A DNA stretch of 64,000 nt from Gaiellaceae bacterium (GTDB lineage: Bacteria; Actinomycetota; Thermoleophilia; Gaiellales; Gaiellaceae), in NCBI GenBank assembly GCA_965223695.1, contig CBDCXJ010000011.1, positions 6,824 through 70,823 of the forward strand, given 5' to 3'. Made by a program: the position numbers and the translations under genes. Position 1 is the first letter of the stretch. Each line of letters opens with the position of its first letter. Of this stretch, positions 8,722 to 15,884 are shown in pieces. Under the pieces are notes generated by a model. It worked only from the letters and a program-made list of their open reading frames with translations, was not told the DNA's origin and did no database searches.

Positions 8722-9644
8722 CCCGCCCAGCGCTTCTGGGCCAGATCGTGCACGATCGCCTCGGCGCAGGCCGAGCCCTCGCTCGCGGCCGCAACCACCC
8801 CGGTGAACCCGTTCTTGCTGTCGCCAATCACGTAGAGGCCGGGCACACGCGAGCGCCCGTCGCTCTCGACATCGAGGACTTCCATTCCCCAGTCATTCGT
8901 GGTGAGCGTGACGCCAAGCGCTTGCGCGAAGTCCGTGTTGGGAACGGACGGGTCATCCCAGACGAAGCCAGCTTCGCGCTCGACCCGATCGCCACCGCTC
9001 AGCTCGACGGCCTGCAGGGCGCCCTCCTCCGAGATCAGACTCGCAATGCGCGCACTCACCACGTCGACGCAATTGCGCTCGAGGCCGCTCAAAACGGCCG
9101 CGTCGAGCGACGCTCCGTTCGTGAACACGACGATGTCCTTTGACCAGACGCGGATCACGGGGACAAACATCTCGACGCCGTCTCCGCCGAAAATCGCGAG
9201 CCGCTCGTCACGATGCTCGTAGCCGTCGCAGAACGGGCACGGGAACACGCTCCGGCCGTAGACGTCCTCGACGCCTGGCAGGTTGAGTCGGTCGAGCTCG
9301 TCGCGGTAGCCGGTCGCGATGATCAGTCGCTCCGTCGCGAGCGAGGAGCCATCGTCGAGCTCCACGCCAAACCCGCCCTCGGTTGCCTTCACCGCGGTGG
9401 CAGTTCCGACGACATAGCGAACGGTGTCATACGTGGCGAGCTGCCCCTTCGCGATCTCGAGGAGCTCGAGCGGGTGAGTGCCGTCTCTCGTCAAGAAGCC
9501 ATGCGACGCGCCCGTAACGGCGTTGCGCGGCGTCTCCGCGTTGACGACGACCGCGTCGAGCCGGGCACGGCCGGCGACGAGCGCTGCGCTCATTCCCGCT
9601 GGGCCACCGCCCAGTGTGGCCAGCTCAACGATGACGAGAGACAC
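8718..9644 (-). CDS. NAD(P)/FAD-dependent oxidoreductase (thioredoxin-reductase-like)
   Basis: GTG start giving VSLVIVELATLGGGPAGMSAAL (dinucleotide-binding GGGPAG). Also CPFCDGYE and the C-terminal GLYVIGD motif. The 437-aa track ORF has an implausible Ser/Arg-rich N-terminal extension that overlaps the citE-like gene. Confidence 0.8.
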   Translation of the reverse strand: MSLVIVELATLGGGPAGMSAALVAGRARLDAVVVNAETPRNAVTGASHGFLTRDGTHPLELLEIAKGQLATYDTVRYVVGTATAVKATEGGFGVELDDGSSLATERLIIATGYRDELDRLNLPGVEDVYGRSVFPCPFCDGYEHRDERLAIFGGDGVEMFVPVIRVWSKDIVVFTNGASLDAAVLSGLERNCVDVVSARIASLISEEGALQAVELSGGDRVEREAGFVWDDPSVPNTDFAQALGVTLTTNDWGMEVLDVESDGRSRVPGLYVIGDSKNGFTGVVAAASEGSACAEAIVHDLAQKRWAG

Positions 9645-9687
9645 TAGTTTGCGGGGGTCGGCAACGCGAGCCGAGCGGAGACGAACG

Positions 9688-10554
9688 ATGCAAGAAGACT
9701 CCGCCATCAGGTCCCGCCGCAGCTTCATCTTCTCGCCTGGTCTCCAGCCGGAGATGTTCCCGAAGGCCCTCGCCTCGGGCGCCGACATCGTCTGCGTCGA
9801 GCTCGAGGACGGCATTGCGCCCAAGGACAAGGACGAGGCGCGCCGGCGTGCGCTGGCCCTGTTCGCCGAGCCGCAGGCCGACGACGGCGTCGAGCGCATC
9901 GTCCGCATCAACTGCGTGCGTGAGGCCTTCGGGCTAGCCGACGTGCAGGCGGTGCTGGCGACGGATACGCCGCCGCCCGGACTGATGCTGCCCAAGGTGC
10001 GCACACCCGACGAGATCGTCTGGCTCGACAACCTTCTGAGCGAGCGCGGCCACGAGACGCGGCTTCACATCATCATCGAGACCAATGCCGCCCTCGAGGC
10101 TGCCCACGAGATCGCACGGGCCAGCCCGCGGATCGCCGCGCTCTTCTTTGGCGGCGTCGACATGTCAGCCGAGCTTCGCTGCAAGAACGCGTGGGAGCCC
10201 CTGCTCTATGCGCGCTCGCGGGTCGTGCACGCAGCGGCGAGCGTGGGCGTCGACGCGATCGACGTTCCCTTTCTCGATCTCGAGGATCTCGACGGCATGG
10301 TGCGCCAGGCAGAGCTCGCGCGCGACCTCGGCTTCTCGGGGAAGGGCGCTATTCACCCGAAGCAGATCGATGCGCTGAACGCCGTGTTCACGCCCGATGA
10401 GGCAGCCGTCGCGCACGCTCGCAGGGTGATCGCGACATTCGACGAGGCTGACACGGGCCTCGTCGTCATCGACGGGAAGCTGATCGAGAAGCCGGTTCTG
10501 CGCGAGATGCACCGGATCGTCGCGATCGCGGCTCGAGTTGCGGCCAGGGCGTAG
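9688..10554 (+). CDS. HpcH/HpaI aldolase / citrate lyase beta-subunit-like (CitE-like acyl-CoA lyase)
   Basis: The internal ATG gives MQEDSAIRSRRSFIFSPGLQPEMFPKALASGADIVCVELEDGIAPKDK, the typical CitE N-terminal signature. Confidence 0.85.
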   Translation: MQEDSAIRSRRSFIFSPGLQPEMFPKALASGADIVCVELEDGIAPKDKDEARRRALALFAEPQADDGVERIVRINCVREAFGLADVQAVLATDTPPPGLMLPKVRTPDEIVWLDNLLSERGHETRLHIIIETNAALEAAHEIARASPRIAALFFGGVDMSAELRCKNAWEPLLYARSRVVHAAASVGVDAIDVPFLDLEDLDGMVRQAELARDLGFSGKGAIHPKQIDALNAVFTPDEAAVAHARRVIATFDEADTGLVVIDGKLIEKPVLREMHRIVAIAARVAARA

Positions 10555-10593
10555 GCGACGTCTCGTGGTTGCGGCGAGCGCGAGCGCCGCGAG

Positions 10594-11112
10594 TCAGTTG
10601 CTGCGACCGGCTAGTACGTGATTGATCAAGCCACCCGCGGCGATGATGTCGCGCATGAAGGCAGGAATCGGTGAGGCCGCAAGCGCGTCGCCACTGCGCC
10701 CGTTCTCGATCTGACCTCGCTCGAGGTCGACCCGGAGCACATCACCGTTCTCGATCTCGTCGACTGCCTCCGACTCGAGCAGGGGCAGCCCGCGGTTGAA
10801 CGCGTTCCGGTAGAAGATCGGGCCAAACGTGCGGGCAATCACGCACGAGATGCCGAGACCGAGCATCGCGAGGGGGGCGTGCTCTCGCGAGCTGCCGTAG
10901 CCGAAGTTGAGACCTCCGACGACGATGTCGCCGGGCTGAATCCGCTCGGCGAGTGTCTCGTCGAGCCCAGCGAAGCAGTGCGGCGCGAGCTCGGCCGCAT
11001 CGGTCGTGTTGAGGTAGCGCGTCGGGATGATCACATCGGTGTTCACGTGGTCGCCGAGGCACCACGCCGCGCCGCTGAGCACATGCGCCGGCTTCGCCTC
11101 TGCCGTGCTCAC
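10594..11112 (-). CDS. Aconitase-family dehydratase small subunit (LeuD/HacB-like)
   Basis: The GTG start overlaps the large-subunit stop (GTGA) and follows GGAGGA. Motifs include DHVNTDVIIP, GLNFGYGSSREHAP and the swivel-domain pattern. Confidence 0.85.
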   Translation of the reverse strand: MSTAEAKPAHVLSGAAWCLGDHVNTDVIIPTRYLNTTDAAELAPHCFAGLDETLAERIQPGDIVVGGLNFGYGSSREHAPLAMLGLGISCVIARTFGPIFYRNAFNRGLPLLESEAVDEIENGDVLRVDLERGQIENGRSGDALAASPIPAFMRDIIAAGGLINHVLAGRSN

Positions 11113-12368
11113 AGGTCCTCCGGCGAGCCAAGGTGGCCAAGGACTGCTGTCGCGGCCGCGATCCACGGGTTGACGAGATAGACCTCGGCCTTCGTCGAGC
11201 CCTGGCGGCCGACGAAGTTGCGGTTCGACGTCGAGACGCTGCGCATCCCGTCGCCAAGCACGCCCATGTGGGCGCCGATGCACGGCCCGCAGGTCGGGGT
11301 CGAGAAGACACCGCCAGCGTCGACCACCGTCTCGGCGATCCCCTCGCGCAGGCACTGCTTGTAGATCTCGGTCGTGCTGGGAATGACGATGAGGCGCACG
11401 CCTTTGGCGACCTCTTTCCCCTCGAGGATCTCGGCGGCGGCGCGCATGTCGCTGAGCCAGCCGTTGGTGCACGAGCCGATGTAGACCTGATCGACCGGCT
11501 CCCGCGGCGCCTGAGACAGCGGCTTCGTGTTGCTGGGCAGGTGCGGCAGCGCCACGATCGGCTCGAGCTCGCCTGCCGCGATCTCGTGCACCTCGGCGTA
11601 GCTCGCGTCGGCGTCGCCGTAGACCGGCTCGAACGGCCGCTGCGCACGGGGCGCGACGTAGTCGAGGGTCTGCTCGTCAGGCTCGATGATCCCGTTCACC
11701 GCGCCGGCCTCGACGGCCATGTTTGGCAGAGCGAGGCGTTCCTCGACGGGAAGTCCGTGAAGCGCCTCGCCGGCGAACTCCATCGTACGCCCCTGGGCGC
11801 CGTCGACCCCGAAGCGGCCGATCGTCTCGAGCATCAGGTCTTTCCCTGTGACCCAGGGCCGCAGGCTGCCGGTGAACTCGTAGCGAATCGTCTCGGGGAC
11901 GCGCAGCCAGGTGCGGCCCGTGATCATGATCGCTGCGATGTCGGTGCTGCCCATCCCTGTCGCGAATGCCCCGACGCCGCCTCCCGTGCAGGCGTGTGAG
12001 TTGCCGCCGGCCAGGAGCTCGCCGGGCAGTACGAGGCCGTGCTCGATCGCGAGCGCGTTGTGAATTCCGACGTTGCCGCCCTCGTAGAAGCGCTCGATGC
12101 CAAGCCTTCCGGCGTCCTCCCTTAGCTTCGCGACCGTGTTGGCGATCGCGATGTCCTTGCTCGGCGTCGAGACCATCGCCGCGACGAAGATGCGCTCGGT
12201 GTCGAAGATGGCGTCGACGCTGTTCTCCTCGAGGATGCGGAACGTGATCGGCCCGCCCAGATCGTCGGCATAGGTCTGATCGACGCGGACGGAGACCGTC
12301 TCGCCAGGGCGAACCTCGTCGGCATCGGCGTGGGCGGCGAGGATCTTCTCGCTGAGCGTCATTCCCAT
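11109..12368 (-). CDS. Aconitase-family dehydratase large subunit (short LeuC/HacA-like form, 419 aa)
   Basis: GNSHACTGG, IGSCTNG and CGPCIG supply the Fe-S cluster Cys ligands. Confidence 0.85.
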   Translation of the reverse strand: MGMTLSEKILAAHADADEVRPGETVSVRVDQTYADDLGGPITFRILEENSVDAIFDTERIFVAAMVSTPSKDIAIANTVAKLREDAGRLGIERFYEGGNVGIHNALAIEHGLVLPGELLAGGNSHACTGGGVGAFATGMGSTDIAAIMITGRTWLRVPETIRYEFTGSLRPWVTGKDLMLETIGRFGVDGAQGRTMEFAGEALHGLPVEERLALPNMAVEAGAVNGIIEPDEQTLDYVAPRAQRPFEPVYGDADASYAEVHEIAAGELEPIVALPHLPSNTKPLSQAPREPVDQVYIGSCTNGWLSDMRAAAEILEGKEVAKGVRLIVIPSTTEIYKQCLREGIAETVVDAGGVFSTPTCGPCIGAHMGVLGDGMRSVSTSNRNFVGRQGSTKAEVYLVNPWIAAATAVLGHLGSPEDL

Positions 12369-12392
12369 GGGCTGCCATCTAGGCTAGCCCGC

Positions 12393-12800
12393 GTGCATGT
12401 GACGCGCGGCGCGGAGCGGATCCTGCAGCAGGGGGGAACCGTCACCGTGCTCCACGCGAGCCCCGCGGACGGCGCGACCCAGCTCACGGTCCTCGAGCAG
12501 ACGCACCAACCGGGCGCCACGACGCCAACGCACCAGCACCACGGCTCGGAGGAGACGATCACCGTGATCGACGGTCGCGGCGAGTTCTGGGCAGGCGAGC
12601 AGACCGTCGAGCTCACGACCGGCGAGACGATTGTGATCCCGCCGCATACCTGGCATGGCTTTCGCAACGTGGGCGAGCACCCACTCCGCATCATCGCCTC
12701 GATCGCGGGAGGCAAGCCGCTGGTCGAGTACGAGGCCGATCCGGGAACCGCTATCGAGGTCGGATCAGCCGAGTGGCGCTCGCACTGGAGCGCCGACTAG
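12393..12800 (+). CDS. Cupin domain protein
   Basis: [48 protein letters not shown] matches the two cupin motifs. The GTG start at 12393 or 12399 is preferred over the track start at 12330. Confidence 0.75.
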   Translation: MHVTRGAERILQQGGTVTVLHASPADGATQLTVLEQTHQPGATTPTHQHHGSEETITVIDGRGEFWAGEQTVELTTGETIVIPPHTWHGFRNVGEHPLRIIASIAGGKPLVEYEADPGTAIEVGSAEWRSHWSAD

Positions 12801-13192
12801 CAGACGCGCTCGACGCCCGGGAAGCCATCGAACGCGGCGTCGAACGACATGATCTGCTCGATCCTGTGCCGCTCCATCACGGCGACATGGATCGCGTCTC
12901 GCGCCGAGAGCCCGTAGTTACCCAGGACGACGTCCTTCGCGCGCTCCGCGTCGAGGTGGTCGATCGGGTGGACGAATTCGACGACGCCCAGGACAGCGTC
13001 AAAGGCCGGCTGAATCGCGTCCGGCCGCGCGATCGCCACGTAGCGGTGGAGGATCTCCTGGAGCACCTCAGCGTCGGTAACGAGCGGCTCGCGCGCGGCG
13101 ATCGCCGACTCGAGCAGACGCTGCGCATCGATCTTGTGCGGATGAGCCGCGCCGACCAGGTACATCGGCACGTTCGAGTCGATCAGGATCAG
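12797..13192 (-). CDS. vapC: PIN-domain toxin VapC (proposed CTG start overlapping the vapB stop)
   Basis: PIN pattern (L)[19 protein letters not shown] ... DAIHVAVM. The first conserved Asp lies upstream of the first canonical start at 13171, so the CDS is extended to the CTG at 13192. Confidence 0.75.
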   Translation of the reverse strand: MILIDSNVPMYLVGAAHPHKIDAQRLLESAIAAREPLVTDAEVLQEILHRYVAIARPDAIQPAFDAVLGVVEFVHPIDHLDAERAKDVVLGNYGLSARDAIHVAVMERHRIEQIMSFDAAFDGFPGVERVC

Positions 13193-13443
13193 CTCGGGCT
13201 CCCGGCGTAGCCAGATTCGATCTGCCCCAGCATGTCGTCAATATCCGCGGTTGGGTAAGCGTTCCTGGCCGCGGCGCGTACCACGGCAAGCCGCTTGTCA
13301 GGGTCTTCGACGACGATGCCGTCCCGGGCCTGGCGAAGCGACTGACGAACCCACGCCGAGACGGTCAGCCCACTCGCCTTCGCGGTCTTGCGGATCTCAC
13401 GAAGCTCGGCATCGTCGAGAACGACCTGAAGGCGCTTACTCAT
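13189..13443 (-). CDS. vapB: Ribbon-helix-helix antitoxin (VapB-like)
   Basis: 84 aa. [36 protein letters not shown] is a typical RHH N-terminus. It sits immediately upstream of, and overlaps, the PIN gene. Confidence 0.7.
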   Translation of the reverse strand: MSKRLQVVLDDAELREIRKTAKASGLTVSAWVRQSLRQARDGIVVEDPDKRLAVVRAAARNAYPTADIDDMLGQIESGYAGSPS

Positions 13444-13478
13444 AGGATGAGTGTAGCCGCAGTATGTGCTCAGTATCC

Positions 13479-14162
13479 CTACCAGGGGTGTTCTGTGCCG
13501 TCCCAGCGGAAGAAGCGGCCGGTATCGTCGATCGTGAGGCCCGAGGTCAGCTCGTAGATGGCACTCGCGGCCTCCTCTCCGCCGAGCGCGGCCGACGGCC
13601 CGCCCATGTCCGTGCGCACCCAGCCGGGGTGAACCACGATGACGGTGATGCCGCGTTCCCGCAGGAGACCGGCGGTTCGCACCGAGAGTACGTTGAGAGC
13701 CGCCTTCGACGCGCTGTAGCCGATGTCGTAGGCGTCGTGATCGGTCGCGTACCACATCGAGCCCTGCTGGCTGGTGATGTTGACGACCTTTGCGCCGTCC
13801 GCTTCTTCGAGACGTGGGAGCAGCTCGCGCGTCAGGATCATCGGGCCGGCCGCGTTGACGCGTGTCTGCTCGACGAAGTGCTCGGCCGAGAGCTCGAACG
13901 GGCCGCGGTCGTCCATGCCGGCCCCCAGCGTGCGCGCATCGATCGCCGCGCTGTTGATCAGCACATCGACGGGTCGCTCGACCGCGGCGGCGAACGTCTC
14001 GATCGATCGGGTGTCGGCCATGTCGAGAGGCGGGTAATCGGTCGAGCCGCAGCGCGAGGCCGTGCGAGACGTGGCGAGAACGTCGGCGCCCGCAGCCTCG
14101 AAGACGTCGACGAGCGAGGCGCCGAGGCCGCGCATCGCGCCGGTGATCACCACATGGATCAT
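13479..14162 (-). CDS. SDR-family short-chain dehydrogenase/reductase
   Basis: VVITGAMRGLGASL (TGxxxGxG) and the YSASKAAL catalytic motif. Confidence 0.85.
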   Translation of the reverse strand: MIHVVITGAMRGLGASLVDVFEAAGADVLATSRTASRCGSTDYPPLDMADTRSIETFAAAVERPVDVLINSAAIDARTLGAGMDDRGPFELSAEHFVEQTRVNAAGPMILTRELLPRLEEADGAKVVNITSQQGSMWYATDHDAYDIGYSASKAALNVLSVRTAGLLRERGITVIVVHPGWVRTDMGGPSAALGGEEAASAIYELTSGLTIDDTGRFFRWDGTEHPW

Positions 14163-15301
14163 GCGTCGAGCTGCAGGGCCGAGCGGTCGAGCTCGGCAAC
14201 GCTCGGGCGCCCGACCAGAGCGAGAGCGCGATCGATCTCCTCAAAGAGCAAGCGCAACACGTCCTCGACTCCGTCTGCCCCACCGCACGCGGCACCCCAC
14301 AGCCAGGGTCGGCCGACCATGCACGCGCGGGCGCCGAGGGCAAGTGCCTTGACGACGTCGCTGCCGCGCCGAACGCCGCCGTCGAGGAGGACCTCGGCGC
14401 GATCGCCGACCGCATCGACGACCTCGGGCAGCGCGCCCAGCGAGGTCACACACCCGTCGAGCTGCCGCCCGCCGTGGTTCGAGACGATGATCGCGTCGGC
14501 ACCGGCATCGACCGCCCGCCGGGCATCCTCGGCGGTCAGGATTCCTTTTACGAGCAGCGGGCCTGACCATCGGGCGCGTAGCTCTTCGAGATCGGCGAGG
14601 GTGGCACCGGCATGGGCGAGCGTCTGCCGGACCCACTTGGCATGCGCAACGGCCTTTTTCGGGCTCGTCTGGCTCGCACCCTTGAAGTTGGCGAACGTCA
14701 TCGGCGGGAACTGGTCGCGGAGCCAGCGGGGCCGACGCAGCATGTCGAAAGCCGTACGTGCTCGAAGCTTCGGCGGAACCGTCAACCCGTTGCGAACGTC
14801 GCGCTCGCGCACGCTCAGGACGGGAACATCGACGGTGACCACAAGTGCGTGGTAGCCGGCTGCCTCGGCCCGCTCGACGAGCTCAACGTTCGCTGCGGGA
14901 TCGCGAACGAGGTAGAGCTGAAACCACAGCGGCCCGCTGGCGACGGCAGCCACCTCTTCGATGGTGTGCGACGCCATCGTCGAAAGCGTGAAGATCGTGT
15001 TGCGCCGCCCCGCTCCGATGGCGCCAGCGAGATCGCCGCCGCCGCCCGCGATACGCGCAAGCCCGGTCGGCGACAACAGCACCGGCGTGTCGACGCCCTG
15101 CCCGACTACGGTGACGTTCTGGCGCCTCTCCTCCACGTTGATCAGCTGGCGCGGGCGGATCTCGAGCCGCTCGAAGGCCAGTCGATTCTCGCGCAGGGTC
15201 ACCTCGTCCTCGGCGCCCCCATCGATGAAGTCGAAGGCGACGCGTGGCAACCTGCGCTTCGCGCGGCTGCGAGCTTCATCGACGTTCAGGAGCGCACGCA
15301 C
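14159..15301 (-). CDS. FMN-dependent alpha-hydroxy-acid dehydrogenase/oxidase (LldD/glycolate oxidase family)
   Basis: 380 aa. FDFIDGGAEDEVTLRENRLAFERL plus SNHGGRQLD and GRPWLWG. It overlaps the SDR start by 4 nt. Confidence 0.85.
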   Translation of the reverse strand: MRALLNVDEARSRAKRRLPRVAFDFIDGGAEDEVTLRENRLAFERLEIRPRQLINVEERRQNVTVVGQGVDTPVLLSPTGLARIAGGGGDLAGAIGAGRRNTIFTLSTMASHTIEEVAAVASGPLWFQLYLVRDPAANVELVERAEAAGYHALVVTVDVPVLSVRERDVRNGLTVPPKLRARTAFDMLRRPRWLRDQFPPMTFANFKGASQTSPKKAVAHAKWVRQTLAHAGATLADLEELRARWSGPLLVKGILTAEDARRAVDAGADAIIVSNHGGRQLDGCVTSLGALPEVVDAVGDRAEVLLDGGVRRGSDVVKALALGARACMVGRPWLWGAACGGADGVEDVLRLLFEEIDRALALVGRPSVAELDRSALQLDA

Positions 15302-15522
15302 GGCGGACAGCGTACGCGGCGCGGCGCCTACCTCGACGCGACTCCGTGCAAGAGAAAAGGCACCAGGCGATCGCCCGTGGCGGCTGCGTCAAGTCGACCC
15401 GCGGCCAGGATCTGACTCGTCGCCGACTGGCTGATCGCGCCGAGGAGTGCATGGGCGACGGCGCGATTCCAGTGACCGGAGTCGCGCGCTGAACGACGAG
15501 CGCGCGACTCGGGTCGGGCCGT

Positions 15523-15738
15523 CTACGAGAGGATTTGAACCGCGAGGTTCGGGGTGCAACCCTGACGCAGCAGCTGCTCGGCGACGTGGAGATCGACGTC
15601 AACTCGCTCGGCGAGATACAGAGCCGTCGTCTCGTCGTAGCCGGCTTGGAGCAGCTGCTCGCGTCGCCAGGCGGTGACACGCTCGGCCTCGGTCTCGGTG
15701 AGGACTGCTTCGTTGAGTTCGGCAGTGGCCATGGTCAC
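15523..15738 (-). CDS. Small hypothetical protein (71 aa)
   Basis: Strong SD (GGAGGTG) 4 nt before the ATG. It has a predicted helical repeat LLQAGYDETTALYLAERVDVDLHVAEQLLRQGCTPNLAVQIL. No family recognised. Confidence 0.5.
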   Translation of the reverse strand: MTMATAELNEAVLTETEAERVTAWRREQLLQAGYDETTALYLAERVDVDLHVAEQLLRQGCTPNLAVQILS

Positions 15739-15884
15739 CTCCGTTTGTTGTATCCATTAGACCGATCCACGGATTGACCGCAGGGAGCGCAGCGCTAGGA
15801 AGTGCGACGGTTGCGTTAAGGCGTCTTAACCACTGCCGGCGAACAGGCTGGCCCCGACGGCGCGGGCAACGACGAGGCCGGGAG

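Noticed and set aside
8718-10031. Full 437-aa version of the flavoprotein ORF. Similar N-terminally extended track ORFs occur at 10594-11472, 13189-14415, 43001-43816, 44578-46101, 53487-54782 and 59832-61703.
   Set aside because: The extensions are low-complexity, overlap the neighbouring genes, and precede obvious family N-termini that have in-frame starts, often with stop/start overlaps or SD sequences. The shorter coordinates are used instead.
15328-15522. 64 sense codons continuing in frame after the TAG of the 71-aa gene (…WNRAVAHALLGAISQSATSQILAAGRLDAAATGDRLVPFLLHGVASR*), reminiscent of a regulator C-terminus
   Set aside because: It has no start codon and no N-terminal domain, and my family resemblance is only impressionistic. 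It may be a gene remnant or chance, so it is not annotated.
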